64,000 nt of DNA from Paraspadella gotoi. Lineage: Eukaryota; Animalia; Chaetognatha. Numbering within the stretch: position 1 is the first letter of the stretch; the number at the start of each line of letters is the position of its first letter. Where the stretch lies: positions 17,032,171-17,096,170 of the forward strand of contig CM119263.1 of the NCBI GenBank assembly GCA_051294375.1. The letters run 5' to 3'. Positions 11,622 through 24,065 of the stretch are shown one piece after another. The notes under the pieces were generated by a model, which did no database searches, was not told the origin of the DNA, and worked only from the letters and a program-made list of their open reading frames with translations. Made by a program: the position numbers and the translations under genes.

Positions 11622-13157
11622 GGTCGGCCGCGTCGACGCCAATGAGGATGACTTGGGGGATGACAGAGACCGAAGGCAACGACGAAATGCCGAAGGGGTA
11701 AATGTTCTCCGTTGCCGAGTTTGTACGGAGTTTGACGAGCAATTCTCGTCGTCGCTGACCTCCTCCGTTTTGATCCGTGGCGGCGCTCGCAGCTTCATCC
11801 TCGTCGCCCTACGCGAAGGAGACTGCAAAGGCGACCAGTTTTGTCTGCGTCGAAAAGCGCGGACTCCCGAGGATCGACAAACTCGGAGCAGCAGCGGCGG
11901 CGGAGGCGGCGGCGGCAGCGGCGGCGACGGAGGAGACGCAAAGGTGGAAGACTGAGCGCGGGGTCGTGCCGCGCCACGAGATAGGCGCTGCGGACGTCGA
12001 TTGACGCCCCGAGAGGGACGTCGGCGCTCCAAGTCGATCCTGGAAGACTCGGAAGTGGGGACCTGACTGTCGGAGTCGGCCGGGACTTTGAGGCTCCTCG
12101 AGTGGTGACGATGGGATGCACTTTGGCAAGATGGATCATCGAGCGAAGCTGCTCGTCGAGACAAGCCGCGCCCGTCGTGAAAATCGATTCTGCGAATGTC
12201 ATCGTGAGAAATGGATCTTGGAGATGTCTTCCTCTGAAGGATTAGACCATTGGCACTTCGCATTTTGCAAAAACCGTAGGAGGAAATGGTTCTATGAGGA
12301 TGGGGAAGTTTCACTGATATCTCAGTCTGACAGTTTAAGGAATTGGCTCTACGGAGATGATTGATTATGGATGTTTTAAATGTTAAGCTGTTCCGTTTTC
12401 GAGACGTGGTTTCTTCCGAAATTCCTCGAGGATAATCGAAGAAACCAGCTCGACCGTTCGTCATTTGCGGAGCGGGCGAAGCCTTGCATTCCAGATCATA
12501 AGCGGCGCCATTTCTCGTCGTCCGTAGATCGTCGCCATTTTGTTGGCGTCCGAGGCGGGCGTTAACGCCGCCGCCCGCAACGTCTTCCTCCTTTCCTATC
12601 GGTGCCCTTCTCTTCGGTAAGGGCCGCCCGGGCGTGGAACGCGGGGCAATGGGCCGCGCCTTAGGCTCTCGAGCAGCTCGACGCTTTGGGCGCGCCCTTT
12701 CTCGAGCCGTCCGTCCGAAACAGTGACTCGGAAATGGGATCGTCGAATCGGCGATGGAGTAAGATCCACGAGAGGCGGGTTTGGCCCAGGAGTTAGCCGC
12801 CTCGGAATTGGCGAGTGTCCGCATCAGCGGCGGAGAGGATGTCAAAGGCTGTGCGCGGTCGAATTTTTGGCTAAGATTAAAAAGGCATAATTCGGGTGGG
12901 GATGGAATCGGCGGGGAGGGGGGTGGTGGCACGGCGTGGGCGGCCTCGGCGGCGTCGCGCCTCTTCCGTCTTTGAAGACCAACTCCGCTTCGGTGGACCC
13001 GATGGTGGGAGTCATCGGCGTCAAGGGCGTCTTTCCACGAGGATTTCGTCCGCGGAAGCTGCGGCGCCGAAGCCATCGTGGCGTCGCTGATGGAGTTCGA
13101 AGCTGCGTCAGCCTCGAAAGCCGGTGACGTCCCCAGGATGTGAGGAGCAGTCGTCAT
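11032..13157 (-). CDS. Large coding exon of an unidentified gene: ~708-aa Ser/Pro/Arg-rich low-complexity region ending in a signal-peptide/signal-anchor-like segment (KKRSRRK...FAKLIPWITLLAIVTSQ). The gene probably continues after a long intron toward or beyond position 1.
   Basis: 2.2 kb stop-free frame (ORF track 11028..13244) in a GC-rich block bounded by AT-rich sequence. Minus strand shows an acceptor ttcgtttttgccAG|GCGAAATG (exon start 13162, ATG 13157-13155) and a canonical donor TCTCAAAG|GTAAGT (GT at 11031-11030, phase 2), so the ORF's stop lies inside the donor site. No domain recognised. Confidence 0.6.
11497..11544 (+). repeat. 24-bp tandem duplication inside the exon (encodes PYSSLSSS twice on the minus strand)
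   Basis: gatgaagacaacgatgaatatggc / gacgaagacaacgatgaatatggc; length is a multiple of 3, so frame is preserved. Confidence 0.9.
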
Positions 13158-14178
13158 TTCGCCTGGCAAAAACGAATTCGTTTTAGGTTTTTTTTTTTTT
13201 TCAGCTGAAGATGAAATGGAGCGTTCGGGGGAAAATAGAGCCAAAATATTTTGGTTTTTTTATCGTGAAATTTAATATAAATTTCATTCTCTCTGCGATC
13301 TAGATACATTTATTTATAAATAACATAAAAAAATGGCACGAACAAATATTATTTGAAATAAAACCCTAATTCATTTAATTTACCTTTATTACTATACGGG
13401 TTCCTCTCACGGAAAAAAGAAAGAATTCTGCGATATTCGCCGATTTCTAGATCGAAATTCCTGCACTCGATTCTGTATCACTAATTTCGTTCAAACGGTC
13501 CTTTTAACGTCCGTCCGAAAGTCCGACAGGACGGTTTCGCCCGAACGACAGACCGTTCCGGGAATACCGCTGTCACAGAACAATCCCGGTTCAAGAGGGC
13601 GTGCTGTTGGTCGACTGCGCCATTTGTTTTGATCGGGAAATAAATAAACAGTTTAATGATATTGCCGGTCGGCAATCGTCGTGATGGCATTGACGAAAAT
13701 TCGTGAGATGGCATTGACAAGCGCCGACGACGAAATCGCGCAATGTGACGCTGACGTATGTGAAAGCCAAACACGGCGAGTGCGAAAGCGCGTGCTCAGT
13801 GACGTTGTTGGCGGAAGGAAATAAGCGGGAAAATTTTTTTTTTTTAATTATTACCGTTGCTAGTAACGATTTTATTGGCGTTTAAAATTTGCAGGCAAAA
13901 ACTATTCCGGTTTATTTATTATTCTGGTGTTATTTTTGTCTTTCCTTAAAAAAGGCTACAAAAAGACGATGATATTTTTTTTTTTGGATGACTTTTTTTT
14001 TTTTTGTTATATCTTTAGTCCTTTATAAGTTTATTCGTGCGATATTTTTATTTTTTATTTTTTTGCTGTTTTGTTCCTTTAAGTATTTAGCTATTTTTAT
14101 TTTCGGTGCGCTTTTTTGTTTCGGTTAGAGACATTTTTCGTTTTTGTATGTGTTATCTCCCTCATTGCTCCCCTAGAA

Positions 14179-14308
<130 letters not shown>

Positions 14309-16266
14309 AGGAGTGAGAAAGAGAGGGAGCCGCGCTTTTTGTCCCCGTCGATGATATGCAAAGGAATCGCTAAAAGGCGGCAGCCAATCGTCGTCGTCGG
14401 CATCCACTCCTGTTAGTCTGGAGGAGTGGCAGGGCAGGGGGGGTGCGGGAGTAGTAGTGGGTCCATGGGGAAGCAAAAGTGGGAGACAAGAAAAAGGAAA
14501 GATGAAAATTCGAGTACCATAAGAGAGAAAGGGAGAGGAAAAAAAAGAAATTATAAATTTAAATAATTTACAATAAATATAAATCTAATAAATATAATAA
14601 ATATTCTAAAAGATTTTCAAAATCCTAATCACTTTTTGCCAGTTGGATCAACAGTGGCCGGGAGTTGTGACAATAAATTGTTTATTTAATACATTTATAG
14701 TAATTCGTCCAAGATTTATTTCAAAAATTGACGTCGGGTCGGAAAGAATAAAATAATGAGGAGAAACTTTATATATTATATTGTCAATCATTAGAGCGGT
14801 ATTCGTATTTTTTGCTCTTGACTACAATAACGTACTAAAACACGACACAGAATAACCAGATCATGAGATGGTTAAAAAGATCATTCCGAATAGATTACGA
14901 TCAGTGAGCTCCCAAGACCAAGAATCAATTCAATATCAAGCGGACAAAATTGTTAATTTGTTACAATTTTTCTTTGATTGTAAAACCGTCTTTCAGAGAC
15001 TTTTTCCAGAAAAAAAACCCTTTACCAAGCTGAGAGTGATTCTCTTGAGATTGCACCAACGACTAACGGGACATCGTTAACCTCTCATCAAAGGGTCGAA
15101 CCGCTTTATTGTTTTCTGCCAATTACACCACCGTCCACAGCCGGCGCCGTGTAATGTATTCTGACAGCTAAAGAGAAAAGAGTCACGGGAAATGAGAAAT
15201 GGCTGAGCTTGCTCTCTCTCTCTCTCTATTTCTTTCTCTCTTTCTCTATGTACCGCCTATGTGCCTCCCTCTCTCTCTTTATTTGCCACTCTCTAGCACT
15301 TTATTCCCTTTAGTGTACCGCGATTTGCATAATTACCGTCATTGGATCGATGGTCATACTTGTTTATGACATTTGGGTTGAGAGAATTACTGTTACGCGT
15401 ACGATTTTTTTTTTCACCTTTGACTTATTGCGGTTTTTTCCGATATTCGACACTCTTTCTCACCCTTTTCTTTTCTCTCTCTACTCTCTCTCCTCTCTTC
15501 TCTTCTCTCTCTCTCTCCTCTCCTCTCTCTCCTCTCTCTCCCCCCCCCTGTTCCCCTCTCCCTCTTATCTCTGCTTCCTTCCCAGTTAGCTCCGATACCC
15601 GAGACTCGTAATTCTTGCCCCATGAGGTCGACCGCATTTCCAAGATGCGTGGTTAAGGCTGGTTGTTATCGTTGTTGTTGTTGTTGTTGTTGTAGTTTAT
15701 AATATCGTTTTTGCTAATATATTTTTTCTTGCCTGCAGAGTTATTCAATAAGAACCTGAGATGATTTTGGGTTATAAAAATATATTGAGAAACTAATACG
15801 TGAACACACTATATATTGAAAAGTAATTAAAATTAAAATTTGATGACCTCCTTCAAAAAAGTTTTAGTACAACAAGACAAAATGAAATCTCGACCGATAA
15901 AGAAAACTTAACATTCAATTTTATAAAAATAATTTATAGGTTTTGTTTTATGATTACAGCCATTTATATTTGTAAATCAAAAAAGAGGAAATTTAGCACG
16001 TAAAAACAGTAAACACTAAACAGTAAATATAAATTAAACCATTTATAAACCTACCATAATTTAAAAAAAAAAGACCCATCTAACAAATCACATAATATCT
16101 CGTGGCAAGTAAACCTTGGTCTAACAAGTCAGATCTCACACGATGTCAGATTGGGCTCACCTCACACCGCAATCGAAGCGCGTGACATTAACTCAATGCC
16201 GCGTGTTCAAACCCTCGGGTCATGGGGTGTGGCGGTCGCAATTGTGTGTGTGTGTGGATGTGTGTG

Positions 16267-16307
<41 letters not shown>

Positions 16308-18114
16308 CGAGAAAGAGAGAGAGGAGGGAGAGAGAGAGAGATTAAGAGAGAGAGCGAGATAGAGAGATCCGGATTTGATTAGCGAAGACGGGATTCTGTC
16401 CCGCCCGATGATTGCAGCCGATAAACGATGGGTCCCCATCAAAAAAATCTGGAAGGGCTGCGGGGGCTGAGCTGCGTCGGCTTCGGTTGCCGCGGCGTCA
16501 GCGGCGGAGATTCGTTTTGGATTTTGGGCTGAATGTGGGTTGAAACGCGGCTCGGTTTGTGACTGCGTCAAATTGAATTTTTGATTTTTCATAAATTTCT
16601 CAAAAATTAAGTTTTGTCATTTCTTTTGATTATGAAAATTATCTTTTGAGCTTCTGTTTCTGTCCCCTAGTGGGGTGGGCAGTGACCACTGAAAACTGAG
16701 GATCAAAACTTCTTAGAATGTTTTACCCAGACAATTACAGAATTTGTATGAGTTAAATGTGAAAGACGTTAAAAAATTGGCTTTAAAAACGATTGAGGCC
16801 ATTACGTATTAATTTATGTTTCTTATCATTTTTCTGTTCGTCATTCTTAGTTTGCATTTAAAATTTTTTTTATATTGCATTTTGATTATTTTTTAGCCAC
16901 ATACTTATAGGTAACTGAATCAAGATATATATTATAGGTAAAATTGCTATTTGATTCATTTAACATATTTTTTGATAGTTTCTCTTCTGTCATGTTAAAA
17001 ATTTGCCATTTTAAATTTATTCGAGTAAGTTTAAAAATGTGAAAAGTGCCTCGTATCGAGATTCAGAGGGTGAGTTCTCCTCTTTCCGGATTCAAGGTTA
17101 CAACGAAATTCACGGTTGCGGTTCGGTCGTTTAAAAGGAGCAAAGGTTTCTCCCGGCTTATGAGCTCACCTGATTTGGTTAATGTGAAAAATTCGCGAAT
17201 TAAATTTGATTTCATTTCGAATCAAGGGCAAAACAGCTTTTGTGTTTTTGTGTCTTTGTGTTTTTGTTTTCCTGGCTGTTGTAGATTTCAATTTTATTTC
17301 CGTCGAAGATTTGTTTAATTTAATTTATTTTGAAAACAATTTAGATTGTTTTCATTTTACACTAATTTTATAACCATCAACACAATTTGTGTATTTGAAA
17401 AGTTTGCCAATGATTTTAAATTTAAGGAACCAGTCATTCCTAATATTTAAAAACCCAACCAAACGAAATTCTTCAAACAGTTTCCTCGCGAAAGGCATTC
17501 CATCGGTGCCACGCAATTGCTGCAGCATCAAAAAAAAAAAAGAAACTCAGCCGACACCTTAAGAAGCGCAAAACGTGATGCCCAGTCAAACAAGCAGCCA
17601 TTAATCACTGCGCAGCAGAAATCAACGCCTTCAGAAAAGCATCACTGAAAAAAAAGTCAACCCTTTTCAATCTGGCTCCGCAAGAAAAGGGAAAAAAAGG
17701 GTTTCCTTTATAGTATGCTTCCATAGAATAGGTGGAGGATAATATAAATAGAAATAATATATACACAAAACTGAAAATATAATTATATAGGTCGCAAAAA
17801 AAGAACGAATTATATCAAGCTGAAAGATGAGTCTGACGGAGAAAAAAAATTGAGCGATAAATCTGCACTCATAGGATCGAGGCAGAGAAAAAAAATACAA
17901 ATAAAAAGATGGCGAAAGACGAACCTGAAATGTGGAATCCATAATGATGACGATGACGACGACGTCGATGCTGATGACGGTGACGGCGTCAGTGACGCAG
18001 TCAAAAGTGGCGCAGAACCTCACAGCGCGAAAGAAAGTGAAAGGGAGAGAGAGATAGACGGAAAGAGAGAGGGAGGGAGAGAGGGAGAGAAGGATGGGCG
18101 CCCGGGCGCGGAAA

Positions 18115-18228
<114 letters not shown>

Positions 18229-18813
18229 GCAGAAATGACGTGGTGGCAGTTGCGCGCGCGCGTCTTGGCGCGAGAGACGGAGAGAGCGAAGCGCGCCGGG
18301 TGCAGGTGTGGAGAGGAAGCGAACGAGGCCAGCATCAAGAGGAGGAAGCGGAGGAAGAAGAGGAGGAAGATGACGAGGAGGAGGAGGAAGGCGATCGCCG
18401 GATTATGCCTGGGAAATCGAAAATTCCCGATTTGATTATTTCGAAAGAAGAAAAAATAAAAAAAAGAGTGAAAAAGGGCGAGGAGATTCTGGAGATTCTT
18501 TCTTCGGCTCTCTCGGCTCCGATGCTCTGGCGACGACGATTTTTGGAAAAAGAGCTCTCTTCCCCTGAAAAAAAAAATCTGGCGAGGAGAGTGGGCGTGG
18601 GCGACGACTAAGAGAACGACGACGAGGTTGTGGGCGTGGAGACCGACCTCCGTCGAGGAAACGGCCAATTTCTGCTCTCCGTCGTTTACCCTCTTAACCG
18701 GCGGAGGGTTTACTTTTCATTTTTTTTTATTTTCCGCGAGATGAAGACCGGTGAATCGAAAAGAGGGCGTTAAAAAACGCGTTAAGAGTCTATCGTGTGG
18801 AGAGTGTGTGAGA

Positions 18814-18867
<54 letters not shown>

Positions 18868-20189
18868 ATGAGAGAGAGAGAGAGAGAGAGAGTGAGAGTA
18901 TTTTTTTCTTTCTGTTTGCAATGTCTTTTTTTTTCTTTTCAAGTCTGTGCAGAAGATGATTTCGATTAAAAACAACTTTTTTCCGACGTGAAAGAGACTG
19001 GGGGTCGAAGAGGAGGGGAAGTATGACTTTAAGAGACCCGTTTAGACTTCGTACATTTACTTTTGTTTTGTGAGCGCAATTTTTTTTTAAATATTTGTAG
19101 TTTTTTTTATTAATTTTTTTTTCGGCCGATATCAGAACCCCTTTAAAGAATAGCACATGGACATTTTTTTGTTCGTAATTTGATTCGTGTTCCAAAGCGG
19201 TAGAGTGGTATTAAAAAGAAGGATAGCTACATTTCGGTTGCTAAATTTGTTTTGTTTTTTTCAATTTTTTTTTAGGCGTAATATTTCGGGTCGTGTAGGT
19301 TTTACTTTATGTTTAAATGCGAAAAAGAGTAAAAAGGTTTCGTGCTAAGATTAAATGATCCGTAATTTTGTTAAAATATATGTTTTTGTTTTTGTTTCGT
19401 TGTTTTTTGTATTCATAGGAACGGTTGAGAAGACTATTTTTTTCTAGCGTAATCGATGTTTAAATCTTTAATCACGTTGTGTTCACAACCAGCAATTCAG
19501 AATTGGATTAAGAGAGAAAATGCGATTCGATTTTGATTTGGTTATCAGTGTTCGTGCGCAGACGATTTGGAGGATTTTAGTATTATTTCTGATGCCTCTC
19601 AAGTATTACAGAATTAATTTTATCCACATTTCTTAACTCCTTATGAGTTGGGGTGAAGGCGGTTCGTACATTTTCGAAGTGAAGTGAGAGAAAAGATTCC
19701 ATTGGCTTTATTATCTTCCTTGTCGCTTTTATCGGAACGTAAATTCGCAGGACTTTTTTTAATAATTTAACAAATTTGAATGCTCCTTTTTTGATGAGGT
19801 AAAAATCAATAAATGATTTTCCTTTACTATGTGTCAGGAAAATTTAGGGTCAAAGGCTTCTCTTTGGGCTTTGTTTTCAAGAAAATATTTGTGTCAAATA
19901 CTCGAAAAAAGCGAGTAAAAACTTTTAATTAACATTAAGAGAACTGTTACATCCGTAATTTTCTTTGAAAAATTTTTTATCAATACGTAATTTAAGTCTC
20001 TTTAACAGTAATTTTTTCTATAAATTACTCGTGTAAAAATAAAATCAACCAAAACCAAGATTTTTTTGTCGTGGTCGTCCCTGTCGTCTTTGTCGTCATC
20101 GTCGTCGCCCTCATCGTCGTCGGCAACATGAGATGCGTAGGCGGGGAGATGAAAGGAAGGAGTGGCGCGGATGGCCGCCTTGATAAAAA

Positions 20190-20218
20190 GGGAGGGGAAA
20201 GGGTTTAGGGATTGGGGG
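20190..20218 (+). other. Canonical G-quadruplex-forming motif
   Basis: GGG A GGGG AAA GGG TTTA GGG ATT GGGGG: five G-tracts with 1-4 nt loops. Confidence 0.55.
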
Positions 20219-20324
20219 AAAGTTAACCCCTGGGGGGAGGGGGTTATGAGAGAACGGGGGCAGGAGCGCGTGGCACTCATCATTGTATTCCTTTCAGATT
20301 CGCACTCTCACGCTCTCGCTTTCT

Positions 20325-20371
20325 TCTCCTCTCTCTCTCCTCCTCTCTCTCTTTCTCTCACTCTCTCCCTC

Positions 20372-20460
<89 letters not shown>
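20325..20460 (+). repeat. Interrupted (CT)n microsatellite
   Basis: Dinucleotide run with interruptions. Confidence 0.95.
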
Positions 20461-20461
<1 letters not shown>

Positions 20462-21021
20462 GTTGAAACGGCGTAAAGAACTAAGGCAGAGACAAACGAA
20501 GAAGGTAACATTGTTTTCTTATTCGCTTCTCTCCGTTTATGCGCATATTTTCAATTTTTGGCGATGACATCTCTTTTGTGTGTGCGCGAGACTGCGAGTG
20601 TGTTGACAGTTGTGTCGTCGACTCCTACGCCGAAATGCGGCGCCATATTTAGGGATAGCGGCGTCGTCGGCGTCATCGGGCGTAGTCGGCGTCATCGAGT
20701 TATTGCCCGTCTTTGACAAAAAATTACGAAGTTTTAATTCAATCATAACAAATCAACAAGGATTCCAAACATTATAAAAAAAAAAAAAACAGTCGAGTTT
20801 TAGAATAAGAATAAGAAAGCAAACGTCGTTATCCCTCCTGCAGTGATTCATTTACTAATTAAAATATTCTGTCGACGTAAAATGGAAAAAAAAAAATTTT
20901 AATCTTAATCGCGAAAAATCGTCGTCTGTAGGAAACCGTAAACGATTCGAGAAGGAAGAAACGGGCAATTTCGGTAATGGGTGAACGAGCCTGAGGAATG
21001 AGAGAATGAAGGAGGAAAAAG

Positions 21022-21150
<129 letters not shown>

Positions 21151-22736
21151 GCAAACGATTGAATTTGAGTCGAAAGACCGAGAGTCAAAAAGGCGCGATT
21201 AGAAATGGGGTGATTCAAAGATTGAGGAACGACAAAAGCTTGGTTCACCAATCACCACATGGTGTTCTTGCCGAAGGATTTGATACATGTCTCGGGAATG
21301 GAAAACGATCAAAAGCTAACATTGTAATAGATATTTCTAAAAGTTAACAATCGGAGAAAATAAACATCGTTAGTCATTTGAAAAATAAAGAAAACTTACC
21401 AAATTGGATTTTCATGAAAAATTAATAAAAAGTGATTTAAATAAACTATAATACTCTCCAAATTTTAGAAAAAAAGGCCAATTTGAATGAAGCCGCTAAA
21501 AATTAAATTTTACATACAATCCAAAATACTACCTTCTTAAGAAATCCAAATGTATCTTAGAGGGAAAAGTCAACATAAGAAGCGAAACTACGATTCGAAA
21601 ACTCAAAATTGTTATAAAAAAAAACCGCCACCCACAAAAAAAGGGGAAACGTTGGCGTCGGATCGTCGGACGAGCGAAGGGCGACTCGTTAGTCGTCATT
21701 CGGAATCACTAAGTCTTGGATTCTCGGTGTTAACGAAGACGATTCCCGTGAGAACTTTCTGTGAGGTTAAAAAAATCCCGTGAAAAGGGAGAGGTTAAAA
21801 TAAAAAAAAGAGGAATGACGATTGCATTTCTCCTTTTTTTTTTGAGAGGTGGCGAGGTTAGGTGTGTTGAGGCGGTAAGTTTCTATAAGATTTAGTTAGC
21901 TTTCTTTAAATTTTTAGATCGGATCTTATTTAAATTCTTATTTTTTTCGAATCAAAGTAGAGGAACGGATTCTTCAATTCATATTTTCTCGTTCTTTCTT
22001 TCCTTGTTTTCTGTACATCAGTAATTTCTTTCTCAATTGTTGCCTTCTTTGCCCTTGCCTTAGATTCTTCCTTCTGCCTTTTCTTTCCTTTCCTGTCGGT
22101 CTCCAGTGGCTTCACTGGATCCGCGCTCAAAGGCGCCCCGCTCATGGTTGAGGAAAAGTTCGTTGATTCGGAAAAAAATCTTGGATGAGTCGATTCTGAT
22201 GGAAACTGCCGTCGTCCAACTCCTTCCTCGACTGAGTCGTCGTTTTCGTTTTAATGACGTCATCGTCGTCTTGACTGAAGTCATCGTCTTCATCTTTGTT
22301 CTCAGTGACTACGTCGTTCTTCGTCGTCGTAGAAAAAGTTTTTTATAATAAATGTAATCTTGAAAATAGTATTTGAAAAACCTATTTTTATTATAAAATA
22401 TTATTTTAGATTGTTTTAAAAAAAATAAATTTAGAAAAAACTAAAAAAACCACAATATAATTTAATTAGACATCTGACTCATTCATTCATTGTCGTATTT
22501 CTTTTAAAAATCTTTAATTTATATTTTTTTTCAATTCACAATGAGAAGATAACTTTCGAAAAATATTACAAATGCCGATGAAAGTACAACGCGGACCTCG
22601 ACAGAGAAACAATGAGTGAAACATGGAGCGCGACGACGACCCGATGAATGTTTTATTGAGCTCTACGACAACGACGACGACGAAGTGACGCAGAACGAGA
22701 CGCGTGACCGATGGACGTGACTTCGAGGGGACGAAC

Positions 22737-22927
22737 CTGATGAAGAGAGTGGCAAAGGGCGAACGGAAAGTGGCAATGATCCTTGAGATGTGATTAGGAG
22801 AATGGCAAATGTCAAATGAACTGAATATGGAGATTATGAACCCATGTGATCAGGAGAGTGGCATGAGGCGAATTAACCTGATTCGGAAAGTGACAATAAA
22901 CCAGAGAATGTGATTAGGAAAGTGGCG
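22737..22927 (+). repeat. Degenerate array of an 18-bp motif (STGATYAGGARAGTGRCA-like) with unique spacers
   Basis: ctgatgaagagagtggca 22737, cggaaagtggca 22764, gtgattaggagaatggca 22790, gtgatcaggagagtggca 22846, ctgattcggaaagtgaca 22878, gtgattaggaaagtggcg 22910. Confidence 0.65.
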
Positions 22928-23100
22928 CTTGAAGGATGTCATAAAGCAAGAAATAGGGATGTTGAAGCGTGGCAAAGAGCGGGTCGAAGGATCCAGCGTT
23001 GCGTAGGGCGTGACATAGAAATGTCAATCAGTCTCCGAGATGAAACGGAAGTATCGGCGCGGAAAAGAGGACAATAGGTAAACAACTAGAACTGTCTTTC

Positions 23101-23143
<43 letters not shown>

Positions 23144-24010
23144 ACGTTCCGAAACGTCTTTAACCTAACGAATTTTTGGCATCAAAACTCTCATTCATCA
23201 TTTTTGGGCAATGTAGGTCAGAGGGCGTTGCCAAAGGAGCCGGTTTGATGGTGTTGCTGGATGGCATCGGTGGCTGGCAAACCATCTACCATCTTACAAT
23301 AATTATTAATTGATTAATTTTAGATATTTACTAAAATTCTTACTGGCTCCAGGAGGTAAAAGGTAAAAGGTCTGACCCATTATCTTCCCAGGACAAAACC
23401 CTCTATGGCCAATAAACATCGACGACGCATCTTAAAGCGTCTAAAGTTGCCGACGAGGCGTCACCCGACAATGACCGATATCTTCGTCAATAAGAGAAAC
23501 ATCAAACTCTAATGAGATTTCTTCTCTTCGAGAGCTAATGGAGAATGACAATCATGATTTTTTCAGCTTTAGACAAATCGGAATGACGTACATATTGTAT
23601 GATTACGGTTAAATCTAGAGATGCGTTGAACGAGAAGACACAAATACCAGAACTAAAAAAATGTATATAAAAAATAAAATTAATTTCCGGGGTCCCGTTG
23701 TCGATCCTGTTACAGTATCCACTCGAAAATTGTAAACAAAAAATGACTTTCTATTTTCAAAACGCTTGATGCACATTTTCCCTTCAACAAAGCCTCGGTA
23801 TCCTGGTGGCCATCTCAACGATAACATTCTTCATCCTGTTCAAGGATTATCTTGACGACGTCGGTGTCGTTGGCGCTCATGAAGTGAATGTATGGGCATT
23901 TGAAGAAAGTCAGAACGATTGCGAGACGACGTCAACGCTTTTTGTACTGACGGGCAACCTCCAAAAAATATTTGAGAGGCGACAACAAAACGTCATCTGA
24001 TGCATTCGCC

Positions 24011-24065
24011 GTTGCTAGGGAACGAAACGTGTGCTTTGCGTTGTGAGTTAAGTTACCACGGCAAC
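24011..24065. promoter_or_regulatory. Pair of RFX X-box-like motifs
   Basis: GTTACCACGGCAAC (24052-24065) fits GTNRCC(N0-3)RGYAAC. GTTGCTAGGGAAC (24011-24023) is a near match. Confidence 0.3.

Noticed and set aside
21930-22345. Acidic and basic short ORFs on the minus strand (…ENKDEDDDFSQDDDD…; MSGAPLSADPV…)
   Set aside because: The acidic frame is closed by TAA just upstream with no usable acceptor or start; composition is explained by GAC-like repeats and purine bias.
22737-22927. CRISPR-like array
   Set aside because: Repeats are degenerate, spacing is irregular, there are no cas genes and the context is eukaryotic.
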